Shown: positions 45,201 through 57,359 of the stretch, one piece after another | Layout of the letters: every line of letters starts with the position of its first letter | Position numbering within the stretch: position 1 is the first letter of the stretch | DNA from: Eledone cirrhosa | Lineage: Eukaryota | Length of the DNA stretch: 64,000 nucleotides | Assembly: GCA_964016885.1 (NCBI GenBank) | Contig: OZ024743.1 | Location: 326,988,001-327,052,000, forward strand | Direction: 5' to 3' | Program-made: the position numbers and the translations under genes | The notes under the pieces: generated by a model | What the model was told of the DNA's origin: nothing | Databases searched by the model: none | Seen by the model: the letters and a program-made list of their open reading frames with translations, nothing else

Positions 45201-47034
45201 AGCCTATGCTAGACCTATCTATTTCCCTACAAATTACTATCTAGATATGATCTGGATGACCCTATGCGATTTGTCCAAGTCCATATTGGCACATTCGAGA
45301 AATCCAATCGGTACCTGTCCGGCAGTTGAAAACGCCTGAGTAGGTTTGTGAGGCTTTTACACCCTCCTCCCCTATCCACTAATCCCACACAATCCCAGTG
45401 TGCATCTAAAATCCCATTCCAGTCGCCCACTAACACTCGAGAGCGGGACATTCCAAGAAAGGTCTCCAGACGCCGGAAGAATTCAGGCCGTCCTGCTCCT
45501 ATTGGGGCATAGGCGGCCACTAGCCTGAAAGCTTGTCCTTCTCCGCTGGTCACGTCCAGTACCACCAACTTACCCTCTGGGTCCAAGAAGACGGCCCTTA
45601 TCTCGAGATCCAGACTTCTGTGGGTGGTGGAAGAGATGGTGCTTTTGTTGTTGGGGATGGTGATTTCTCTTCTGCCACTGTGGTCTTTGTTTGTTTGTCT
45701 GCTCCAGTTGCAGGGCACGGCGTGGGGAGAAGGGGTGGGCGCGTGCCTGTTTTGGTAAGTTTGGGGCAGAATGCCTTAAGGTGCGTCTTGTCACCGCATC
45801 CATGACACCTTGGGTGCCTACCTTCGACAGTCACGGGTAGATGGCTGCCGTCGTCCAGGTCTATTACATCGGGGTTGGACTCAATGCTCTCATGGTTTGC
45901 TTGGATGATTAGCTCCATCCCCGACCCTGTCCAATTTTCCTGTCTTATTCACATGAGGTTGAGTATGGTTGTTGAATCCTCAACGTCAGTGAGGACAGCC
46001 GTCGTCCACCACGCCATCTCCACTGAGGGCGGAACCTGGCCCACTCAAACCCTCACGACTCTCTGGCCGCAATATGTGGGCATCATTATGATTTTGTCAC
46101 TGTGGAGTGGCACAATGGAGTGTACTCTGGCTTCTTCTGGTGTGGCGAAGAACACACCCACAGTGCCATATCTCGATCCCCAAGCTATATATGTTTTCTG
46201 TGCCCAGACGGTGCCCATGGCTCTTTGGACCTGTGACTCCGTTGCCCGTTCAACTCGCCGCGATTTTGATCCGATCGTGCAATAACTGACCGAACACAAA
46301 AGCTTGTTTCTTATTATCTCAGCTGGGCGGGTGAGACTTACCCTGTGTCCGGTCTTTTTAACCAAGACCTTTGCTTGTTTTATCTCTTCGTTAGTGATGT
46401 GTACTTGTTCAACATTGTTTGTCGCTTTAGCGAAAGATGTATTTGTTTTGATTTGTGTTGACTCGTCACTAGTTTTGTCTTTGTTGCAGTCGTTGGTGTT
46501 TTTTTTTTTTTTTTTTTTTTTTTCCTCTGTGTTGCTGCAGTTATAGTTGTTGTTCTTTGGGTTCTTTATGGCTGTTGCTGTTGTTATTGTTGTTATTGGG
46601 GTGGTGGTGGTGTTTGATTTTTCTAACGCAGGGAAATTTTCGTTGTAATTTTCACTACTGCTACTACTGTTCCAGTGGCTGCTGCTGCTGTTGTCACTAC
46701 CACTGTCGCCGTTGCTGCCGCTGCTGTTTCTCTTGTTTTTTACTTTGCCTTGTGATTGGGTGGAAATAGCTGGTCCACCGTCCGAACAACTCGCTGTTCC
46801 TCCCTGTGGACAATTTTCTTTTGTCCACCATGTTTTTTTAAAACAAAATTTGGGGGTTATGATTGTAAATAAATGCAAATTTAGCCCTCAAGGGCGCGAG
46901 ATACAGTTAAAAAAACCACCTCCTTTGACAGAGGGCTTCTTTAACTATACACCGATATAAAAAATATTATATAGAACTTTCGATAACTCATAAAAATTCA
47001 ACTAACTTACTCCGCCATAGTTACCGCCATCTTA
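42272..47034 (-). mobile_element. Tx1/L1-clade LINE with both ends apparently retained but internally deleted; sense to AGFG1
   Basis: ORF1 has a CCHC knuckle (CHGCGDKTHLKAFC). ORF2 has APE (LVGDWN, SYLD, SYWKLN), RT (KSPGLDGL, KPITLLN, KAFNRV, QGCPLS) and a C-terminal CPRC..H finger. The APE N-terminus and YADD region are missing. 3' end ccttgtggttaataaagaaagc; 5' end aagatggcgg. Confidence 0.92.
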
Positions 47035-47046
47035 TAATAACAACAG

Positions 47047-47047
<1 letters not shown>

Positions 47048-47101
<54 letters not shown>
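47048..47101. repeat. (AAT)n microsatellite
   Basis: Seen directly. Confidence 0.95.
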
Positions 47102-47102
<1 letters not shown>

Positions 47103-48110
47103 TGGCAAAAGCAAAAGAGCAAGGACAATTAGCATCAAATTGGGAGTAGAAACCTCTGCATGGTAAATATGTGGCCTGTAGCAAACAAGCTGATGGTGAC
47201 CAAAAGCACACCCATCAGTGGCTACATAGTTCAGGGCTAAAGGCGGAGAGTGAAGGCTTCATCTTAGCTGCCCAAGACCAAAGCTTATTGACTTGTAATT
47301 ACCAGGCCAATGTGATGAGAAACGGAATAAACCCAAAGTACCGATTCTGCAATGCTGGGGTTGAAACAGTGGATCACTTAGTCTCTGGATGTAAAGTTTT
47401 AGCACCAGTAGAATACAAATATAGATAGACATGACAGAGTTGGCCAATATCTACACTGGGTAATATGTCGGCATTATAAAATCAAAGCTGAAGACAGGTG
47501 GTACAATCATCACCCTGAGGCTGTAACTGAAGGAGAAAAAGTAACAATTCTCTGGGACTTTCCTGTACATACTGACAGGACCATAAAAGCAAATAGACCT
47601 GACATCATTATAAAAGATCAACATAACAAGGTCTGTTTGTTGATAGATATGAGCATCCCATGTGATCACAATGTCGCGGCAAAAGAATTTGACAAGCTAC
47701 GAAAATATAAAGATCTGCTTATTGAAATTGAGAAAATGTGGCACCTCAAGGCTGTTACAATACCAGTGATTGTGGGAGGACTTGGAATGATCAAGAAAGG
47801 AACAGAACAATATTTGCGAATGATTCCTGGTTTACCCTCTCTGCACTAGGTGCAAAAAATTGTTTTGACTGGTACTGCACACGTATTGAGAAGAGCACTA
47901 TCTCTGTAAGATTGATAACCCTCCTTGTATTTACATATGCACATGTGTATATATGTATACTGTTTTATTTTTGTTTTTTTAATTATAATCAATGTGCTGT
48001 ATTAACTGGCTTACCAATGCACACTGTGAATTTATTTGCCCTAGGTGTCAGGAAGACACTCGGCATATATCTCAGAAACAATAATGAAAGAAAATAAAAA
48101 TGATAATAAT
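47102..48110 (+). mobile_element. R4/Dong-like non-LTR retrotransposon 3' fragment (CCHC knuckle plus restriction-like endonuclease)
   Basis: KPLHGKY..WL..GLKAESEGFILAAQDQ..RFC...ETVDHLVSGC..RHD..LHW..ILWDF..TD....NRPDI....CLLID..P...K..KY....IPVIVGGLG. Begins in (AAT)n and ends in an aataat-rich tail. Confidence 0.9.
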
Positions 48111-49619
48111 AAACAAAATTACAACCAAAACATTCATTATCATCATTTTATGCTTGCTTTCCATGGAGTAAAGGGTAGATTATATAATGTCAATGTTCAA
48201 ATTTTTATGCTACATGATAGTGACACATGGGCCATAAATGCAGATTTGCAATGACTAGAAATAAATAAAGTATGCATGGTCCACTAGATGTGTAATGTTA
48301 GTTAGCATGAAAAGCAGAGCACAGGTGAGCTGAGAGAAAAGCTATGTATAAATTTGAGCTCTTTAACTACTCTTGTGACCTCAGCCTTTGAGAGAATAGT
48401 CACCACTCCCAGATGCACCTTATGTACATCAGAAGATGCTGTTGTGATCAGGTTTAGGAGATCAACAAAGTATTCTCTCCACCTGAAGAGAGGAGAACCC
48501 CAGACGTGTTCCTGATAGCAGGTGTGGAGGAGGACTTATTACTACAAAGTCGGCGGATGGTGTGCCAGAAAAATTTATTGCTGATCTCAAGTCAGATTCC
48601 AGCTTAACCTCCAAATCCTCCCACTTTGGACACCTTTACTGTCTCTGCTGTGATTCTTCGTGCCTGCTTGTATCTCAAATGCAAGAAGGAGGACTTATTT
48701 GTAGGGCCCCTTCTTTGCTAGGATGGCACCTTTGACCTCATGATTGAATCAATGAATGGGTCCTCCTGTTATCCATCACCACACCAAGCCTCTTTCACCC
48801 ACAGCTTTTAAGAGCTGAACAATCTCTACTCTTTCTCAACGTCCTCAGTTTGCTTGTGGATGCAATAGTATCTGCATACCTGGTCCTGACTTCCTTATCT
48901 ACCAACACTTCCTACTTTATCCTGTTTTGTGGGTTTCTTTGACTTCAGGTAGTCTCAAGATCATGATCAATAACACAATCAGTAATACAATCTCTTCAAA
49001 AATTAATTTGAATTAATTAAATCTGCAGGAGGTCTGAAATATTTTTTTTACAAGTCACATTTATCTCTAGTTAACCTGATTGTTTACTAATCACAACACA
49101 GCATGTCATATTTTATGTGCCCATCATTAAACTTCCACAATACCAACAATACCCTTCCACCAAAACCCCAACAAAGATAGGAATACACAATGAAAAATAG
49201 ACCATATTTTTTCACCCTTTTGACACCAAAAATGTAAAAGAAATCTAAAGACTCAAAGGCCTGACAAAATCATAAACATATGCTTAACCCTTTCATTACA
49301 GTATTTTCAATGAAATAAATTGCCTATGTTGTTCAAATTATCAAGAATTTGGAGGGATTTTAGTCATATAACTAACTTTCTTGTTAATAAGCTGGTGTTG
49401 GTACACGTGTCAGTGGAATGCTCAGCGCCTTACACATTAACTTCATGTGCAGTATGTTCCATTGATCGAATAACTGGAACACTCATTATCGAAACCAATG
49501 GAATCCATTGATTGATACATCTAACAAACAAATGTTCATATTCTGAACAAAACAAAGATTCAAGTATCTTACTTAAAATATAGATAGCCTGCTTTAGAGG
49601 TAATATCTAACAGAAGGTG

Positions 49620-49970
49620 AGAAGGGGCAAAGGAAGATGCTGGCACTGTAAAACCAATGCTTTCGGCAGATGGAACTCATCAGCTTGGAAGGGTAGTCCA
49701 TGTAAGAAAGAGAAAACTCTGATTTCAAACCTCTGCTGCCTTGTGGCTATTCAAACTCATGGGCATGGTTGCAGAAACGAACCTTGAGGACAAACCAGGA
49801 GCCAAAGTTACTCAGGTAGTATGAGGTTGATCTCAACTTTGTTTTGGAAACTCCTGTGACAACTCTGGTGTCAAGCTTTGCTTTTCCATTGAACCACATT
49901 GGTGGTGGGAAAAGGGGAGACATGCAGCATGAACAATTGCCAGTTATTCCATACTAACCTTGCCTAGACA
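49620..49970 (+). mobile_element. Degenerate RTE-like 5' UTR fragment
   Basis: gagaaaactctgatttcaaacctctgctgcc resembles RTE 5' UTRs; recognised from memory only. Confidence 0.4.
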
Positions 49971-50312
49971 AAGTAAAAAGAGAGAGAGTAGAATCAAAAC
50001 AAGACACTGGTAACAACACTAACTTTCATCCTTACAAGGTCAATAAAGTGCCAGTAATATACTTAAGTTGATTAAAGCAACTATGTTTCTCTATGAAATT
50101 AGCTTTGCATTTACTTGAAAGAAAGAAATGTTAAATTATAGAAAAATGACTACTATCATAACTATGTGAAATGTAACTGATATATCATCAATATTGGTGC
50201 AAGCTGCATTAAAATCTGATATTTAAAGCATCACTGGAGCACATTTTTACACTTAACATGTCATAGATAAATTATAATAGGGCTACCAAACATTTTACAC
50301 AGTTGCCATGTC

Positions 50313-50502
50313 CATAATTGTTTCTATTTTTGGCACAAGGCCAGCAATTATCCCAATACATTACTGGTACTTTATTTTATCGACCCCGTAAGGATGAAAG
50401 GCAAAGTGAACCTCAGCAGGATTTGAACTCAGACTATAAAGGGGCGTAACTCTATGCTGTAAAGCATAGCGTCCAACCTTCTACCAATAATGCCAATCTC
50501 CA
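50313..50502 (-). mobile_element. SINE-2 copy
   Basis: Homologous to 35675-35862. Confidence 0.85.
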
Positions 50503-51349
50503 TAATATAGATGAGATACTAAACAAAAGGTCATGATATGACAACCTCTCTAGTGCTGGTGCCACAAAAAAATGTACCCAGAAGTTGATGATAAGAAGGA
50601 CATCTAGTTATAGAAACCATGCAAACAAAGGGTTGAGAGGACTCTTCAGTTGTGTCAAGGGCACAATAACATCTAATGCTAGTGACATGATAAAACACAC
50701 CCAGTACACTATGTAAAGTGGTTGGTGTTAGGAAGAACATCCAACAGTAGAAAATGTGTCAAACAGAGGGTTGAGAGGATAGTTCACCTGTGTTAAAGAC
50801 AACCTCCCTAGTGCTGGTGTCATGGTAAAATGCACCCAGAGCATTCCATAGAGAGCCGGAACATATGTGAGAGGCAGATCCTGACCCATCTGAGAGATCA
50901 GTAGCTCTCTGTCCAATCTTTGCTAACAGAGAAAATGGAGGTTAAACTGAATATGATGATGCCATTTCTTCAAACTCACACATTGTTATATACTCTCAAT
51001 TGAATCTCCTTTTACTATGTTATCAATGAAATTTAAAGACAAAGTCTCCCAATTTTCCAACATATACTTTGATATGTATGTGTGCATATTTGACTAAGCT
51101 ATTAACTTGGATACCTACATGACATTATAATATGAATTAAATTAATGGTTTCATTTAGCAGAAAGAGTTGCTGAAAGTAATATGGTGCATGTATCCAACC
51201 ACATTTTAAGCAACATTATTTTTAAATACCATATATAAGCCACATTGGTAAACAAATTACACCTCCATTTTACATACATTTACACTGTACCATATATTTT
51301 GAATTGTGGTTTTGTAGGTCTAGTGGATAAATCACAGGTTAGGTTTTAA

Positions 51350-51564
51350 CTCTTAACACACTGTAATAATTTAGCAGCAATTATCTAAAAACAGGTTTGT
51401 TAAATCAAATGTCAATAGTATCTTTACTCATGGACAGATTGTTGTGAAAATTTGCAGTATCAGAAGTATTGAGTAATTTTTAATGTAACACAGTCATAGT
51501 GCTATTTTGTACTTTTCAAAAATGTCTAACTAATGCAATTTCATATGATACAGGACGTTAAGAG
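51350..51564. mobile_element. TTAA-flanked MITE, same family as 31508-31719
   Basis: ttaa|ctcttaacacactgta ... tacaggacgttaagag|ttaa. Confidence 0.85.
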
Positions 51565-52399
51565 TTAATATATTTTTGAGAGAAAAGGTGCGTACACAAG
51601 TATATACAGTATATATTTGTTGTTAGGTTTTACTACTTCTTTAGTGTAGCATTTTCCCCACCAAGTATGATTTACAAGACCAAGTTTGAAGCCAGAATTG
51701 TCTTTCTCCTTGGCTGGTTGCCGACCAAGGATGACAAAGTCTGGTTGCTCAACTTTTTGAGAAGCATACAAGTATTCTTTCTCTATCTTCTAAGTAAGTA
51801 AACTTGCAATTAAGTGACATTTCTTTTCTTTTTATTTTTAATATCGGTCAACTATTAGATCCCTCATCAAGTGTACAAAGTGAAAAACATGTTATTAACA
51901 ACTGTTTGTTGTATTATAAACTACCAACCATAATAATCCTTTAGTCAATAATTAGATTCATAAAATGCTTTAAGATCCAAAAGATTGTTTTTTTTTCTTA
52001 TCATGCTATCCATGTCAGTTACATTATTTTACTGATGAATTTCTGTACTAAATAATTTATAAGAATAATTTTGAAAAGATTCATATTGTATCATAAAAAT
52101 GTGCCAAGCCCTTGAGGTGGATGGAACCTGTAGTAGAGGAAAACCAAGGAAGAATGACCTCAAGAAACTGAAACTCATGAAGATGACACAGAACCAAGCT
52201 TAGACTGGCAATATGCCATAATACAAAAGACCCATCTACCAGTACAAGTACTGCGACACTAAAAGTAAATGTGGTGAAACAGGGCTACAATAGCAATCAA
52301 AATTCAACAGAGACACTATAAAGTTTGAGAGGACTCTTCAGACTGGCTTGACAACCTCTCTAGTGTTGGTTCAACTTGTGGAGTTGGGAGGCCAAGTGA

Positions 52400-53560
52400 A
52401 AATATGCCAGATGGTGCTGGTCGAGCCAATACACCAGCTTGTCATGTTGCACTGGATGGTGTCCCATTTGTGTTGGTGGAGACTGGACATCTATGGAGAG
52501 GACGTCCCCAAGAGCAAAGAGGAGAGACCCAATGGATCGCCCTGTTGGACGCTGATTGATGATGGTATGATCATGTTGGGAGACACATATGACAGGTAAG
52601 TCAGGGGATAGGTGGAGAGGGCATGGCTGAGGAAAACCTCGAGCAAGTGGTAGGCATTTTTCATATCAAGCTTGATGAGATGCCTGGAATCATTCAGTGC
52701 CAGCTCAGGAAGACAGTCATTGATTAGCTATTTAGCAGCAAGGGCAGCCCCTTGCAACCGCAAGCCACACCAACCCCTAGCTGCCATCAAGCCGAGTTTT
52801 TCACCTAGTTCAGGTGCAACTGACTTGTAGATGACCTTGGCTACAAGCCTCTGGAAGATATTTCCTACTGTGATGAGGCCCTTCCTAAGAGCAATGAGGT
52901 GGGCCAAAAAGAAGAGGCCTCAGTAATAAGGGTCGAGAGTGCTGTGAATGAACCTGTTAACGAAGGATACAATAGTGCTCAGCAAGTAGTGCCTGGCTTT
53001 GGCAGTGAGGGTGGGACAACACGTCTTTGAGGGAGCAAGGTCGGGGGACTAAGCTGGCACATGAATGAATGAAGTGTGTCCTGCTCGGAGACACAGGGTG
53101 TTGGCACCTGCCTGAAGGTCGAAATGTTGGCCCTGGCCAGAGCTGCTGTTGATAGGCCGACTCAATCAGCACTAGAGTTGGGGAGACCAAAGGTGAGTGG
53201 AGCAAAATAAAATAATCGCTCCCAAACACAGTGTCAATCTGCACCTGGGCTATTTTGGGGGGGGTTCTTCTGAAGTCGCCTGGGCCAAAAGATGTTTTCA
53301 ATAGAGGGCTGGGCATGAGGAAGGCATACTATATCATTTGAGGGTGCGGTGAATGGTCCCAGCTATGCAGGCAAGGAAAAGAGGCAGTTGCTGCATCTCC
53401 ACATTGAGAGCACATTCGAGGCCTATCTTGTCAGGCTTACGAAGAGAGATGATGGAAACCGTAGCATGCTGAACAGTTTTGACCGCTCTTCCACCTGTTG
53501 ATGGTGGCGCATATACTGCAGGTAGCTCCCTGCGGGGTGTTTAGATTGAGGTCAGCCCTG
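52400..53560 (-). mobile_element. Degenerate CRE-like non-LTR retrotransposon fragment
   Basis: GC-rich island. Minus-strand ITVGNIFQRLVAKV, LIKLDMKNA and VQQGDPLG..LFAL RT motifs across frameshifts. Confidence 0.65.
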
Positions 53561-54081
53561 ACTGAATAGACATATGATCAAAGGCATTCTAATTGCAAAC
53601 ATTCCATATTTTTATATATCCAGAGCTACACTGAACAATGTATGCCTTTTTTTATATGGTAAGGTGTGGTTTGATAGAAATTTGGCTGCTATTTCTAGCA
53701 AGTTAAGTGACTACATAGAGGCCCACTCATTGGCCTATTTTAATTTTAGTCTTATTTATTGCTTATTTGATTTTCTAAATCTAGTGGCTTGCGTGAGTTT
53801 GCTTGATAACATTACAAACAAATATTCCATTAAGTGTGTATGATGAAACCAGTAACAATCTATCCTAACTATATGTTTAAAGTGTTCTGGTATAATTGGT
53901 AACACAGTCATCTGGTATACAACAGATATGGGATTTGACTCCTGTACATTGTTCTGTTCCCTTTTACTTGTACAACTCATTGCAGCAGGGAAAGTGGAAG
54001 TAAAATGATGATGAAAGTGTCTACAAATCTACTGTATTTTGGCTTAGAGGAACATTTATTGTGCTTCTAGTCTTGCTTTAA

Positions 54082-54299
54082 CCCTTTAGCATTTAAACCG
54101 ACTGTATCCAGTCAAAATTCTGTCACCTCTTTCTGTTCAAACCAGCTGTAACCAGCCATTTATACAGATGTTATGGTATTGTTCTCAAAATAAATACCAA
54201 AATCTCGTAGATTCAATATTAAGTGACATAATCATGTGAGATAAAGACTTTACCATGAAAATATAATAGTAAATACAGAATAATGTAAATGCTAAAGGG
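54082..54299. mobile_element. piggyBac-like MITE, TIR CCCTTTAGCATTTA, TTAA TSD
   Basis: ttaa|ccctttagcattta ... taaatgctaaaggg|ttaa. Confidence 0.92.
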
Positions 54300-54964
54300 T
54301 TAAACAATATTTATGAATTCAGTGAAAACTATAGACAATTGTAGGAAATCTTATATGTTGTGGGAATATGAAAATTTAGTTTCTAGCTACAGTACTAGCA
54401 CAATTGTGAAACAGTCTTGTACCACACTCTCCTTACTCACAGACAATACATAAAGCATTCATAATTAGAATGAATGCCAAGCCTTTTTCTCATAGTAAGC
54501 TCACATATATAATATTGTCAAACCTGTAAATATTGACCCCTGGAGATACCAGTGGCTACAATTTAGTACCATTCAACCTTTACTAGCAAGAAAAACATGT
54601 TAAATTATGATGGTGATGATATTAAGAGCAAACAATTAATAAATAACATCAACTGAATTAGATTTTCAGATTCTCCTTTAATCTGTCTTTGACCCTTACT
54701 GTAATTTTCTGAGGCATTAAGTGTTAGATTCAAACAGAGGAAGGTTACAGTTTTCAGAAGAATGTGTAACCCAATCCTTTCTCTGTTAGAGAGCCTTATC
54801 TAACAACCTAGTCTTACTCAGGGCAACAATATTAATGTTGTGACTCTTCTGCTCAGCAGTGATCACTGCTATTCTTGGCCAGATCTGTCAGAGATGCCAT
54901 TCAAGCCCATCAGAGACCTTATGTTTGTGACACTAGTTTTATGTTGTATTATTATATTTCTGCC

Positions 54965-55063
54965 AAGGTTAACTTTGCCTTTCATCCTTACGGGGTCGAT
55001 AAAATAAAGTACCAGTAATGTACTGGGTAATTGCTGGCCTTGTGCCTAAAGTAGAAACAATTA
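54965..55063 (+). mobile_element. 5'-truncated SINE-2
   Basis: 3' half of the SINE-2 sequence. Confidence 0.85.
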
Positions 55064-56831
55064 TTATATTTCTGCCACAATAGGTGCAGTAACCTATCCA
55101 GGTGACCGACTGAGTGCCCACTTTTAGGCCACCTTTTCTAGGTCCTTCCTCAGTTGTGGTGAGCAATGTAGTTACTAAACTAGTCTACTCAGTCACACAG
55201 AAGTCAGCTGAAAAGAGTTACCACTCAGCCCCAGTTGATAATGACTAAACGCCTGTTTAGGTTATCACTAAGAGCTCCCAGTCTATTTAATGGGATGACT
55301 GCTCCAGTGACACACAGGCTATAGCAGAGATGTGTGCTAGAACCAGTGCTATTTAATATATTCCTTCAGCATGTTACCATGTTCCTTCACAACAAAACTG
55401 AGGACAGCAGTACTAAAATAAAAAATGTTCCAGCTATGACTTTCCTACATATTTTCTTTTCCTTTCACAAAATATCTAGAGCTACATTATCTAATATGTC
55501 CATATTTTTTTTAAAGACAGGGTGTGTACTTTGTGGGTGTTTCATATTTCTAGCAGATCAAGTAGATATAGAAGTCTCTACCCCAACATTGACTCAAACA
55601 ATCAATGGGTCAAAAGAAGGACACAAATAACTACTCCTTCATGATCTCTTCTATGAGGAGTCAACATCATTAATTTGATCAAGTACTAGGGCCAATACAA
55701 TCAACTTTCTTTCTGGATAAAATAGTGTAAAGTTTCCGTGCTCACTCCCACCTACACAAATGCACAGTAAACACACACACACATACATACATAGTAAATA
55801 CACACAAAACACTGTCAATTACAAATGTATCCATTACTATTCTATTTTCTACAAAATAACCTAGTTTTAGAAACAGAATGTTTATGTTTGTTCAACATAG
55901 CATAATCTGTGACAAGCCTGCCTAGGTTTTGTCACTTTCTACACACCTTAAAATGATCTAATAAATTAATGTATTTGGCATGTTTGAGGTTTTCACGGAG
56001 AACTAATAAAAACTCAAAATCATTAAAGTAATAGATAGGATTAATTATATAATGTAAAATTTTCTCCAATCATCTAAATGTTTCAAATTTAAAAGCAAAG
56101 TAATATTTCAATGTCCACCTCTTCAATCCTGTAAGATTTATCAACACAATTTAACAGCTGATGTCAGCAGAAACTAATTTAAAAGTTAGCCATTGAAGCC
56201 AGAGAGTGAGCATCTATGTGGTTGCTCGACCTGCTAGAAATAATAGCCAAGCTTCATCTGAATCACCCCCTACTATATCAAAAAAGGAAGGACACATTGG
56301 ATAATATAGTTCTGGTTACACTATGTCTGAAAACACAGGATTCTCATGTCTGGAATGTCTTTACTCATATGTCTGCTCAATTAGGGTTGACTTGAAGCTA
56401 AATAACAACAACCACCTTTGGTCATTCTACTAGTCCAAAACTTTCCAAACTGTTCAGATAGACAACACACTTTTTAAAAATATAATTTATCATAACACAT
56501 TAAGTTTCATCAGTCTAAATGTATGCAGAATTTGTCAGATCTAGAATTGACTTCACAACCAAATATATGCAGGATTCAAATTTGATTGAATTTCATGACA
56601 CACCTAGAGATTAACTCTTAATACCAAACTGCCCATGACCATGATATAAAACTGTCTGTTCTAAAGCATTTTATTTAAACCGGTCCTCAAAAGTTTACCT
56701 AAAAATCTTTCATTGTGTTGTGTTCCAAATAGCTTAAGAATGAAGAAATTAACTATCTTATTAAACTTTTACAAATTCTTGCTTATTTTTTAAAAAATGA
56801 ATTGAAATATATGAACATTTTATTTCATTAA

Positions 56832-57268
56832 CCCTTTAACATTTATATTACTCTATATATACTATTGTATTTTCACGGTAAAGGCTTTATGTTACATAAT
56901 TATCTCACATAATATCGATTCTACGAGATTTTTATGTTATTTATTTTGATGTTATTTATTTTGAAAAGGGTGTGGATTGGCAGTATCGGTAGAGGGTCGG
57001 ACGCCATGCTTTCCAGCATAGTTACGTCCCTTTACGATCCGAGTTCAAATCCCGCCGAGGTTGACTTTGCCTTTCATCCTTACGGGGGTCGATAAAATAA
57101 AGTACCAGTAATGCACTGGGTAATTTGCTGGCCTTGTGCCTAACGTAGAAACAGTTATTTATTTTGAGAACAATACTTTAACATCAGTATGAGCAACCAG
57201 TTATGGCCAGTTTGAACAGAAAGAAGTGAGAATTCTGGTCAGATACAGCCAATTTAAATGCTAAAGGG
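56832..57268. mobile_element. piggyBac-like MITE (same family as 54082-54299) carrying a nested SINE-2
   Basis: ttaa|ccctttaacattta ... taaatgctaaaggg|ttaa. Sits inside an older TTAA-type MITE (about 56612-57291). Confidence 0.88.
56968..57158 (+). mobile_element. Full-length tRNA-derived SINE-2
   Basis: A box tggcagtatcgg, B box gagttcaaatcc; gttatttattttga repeated on both sides (TSD). Confidence 0.92.
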
Positions 57269-57359
57269 TTAAAAATATGGTCATGAAAGGGTGGACAGCA
57301 ACAAACCAAAATGTTGCTACATAGTTTCAAAACCTACATACAAGTTGTTATTCATGTAT

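Noticed and set aside
55065-55280. Possible RTE 5' region with an HDV-like ribozyme
   Set aside because: It looks like a decayed repeat, but I could not assemble the nested double-pseudoknot pairing by eye.
56968-57060. tRNA gene
   Set aside because: A/B boxes are present but I see no cloverleaf; it is multi-copy with a shared 3' body and TSDs, so it is a SINE head.
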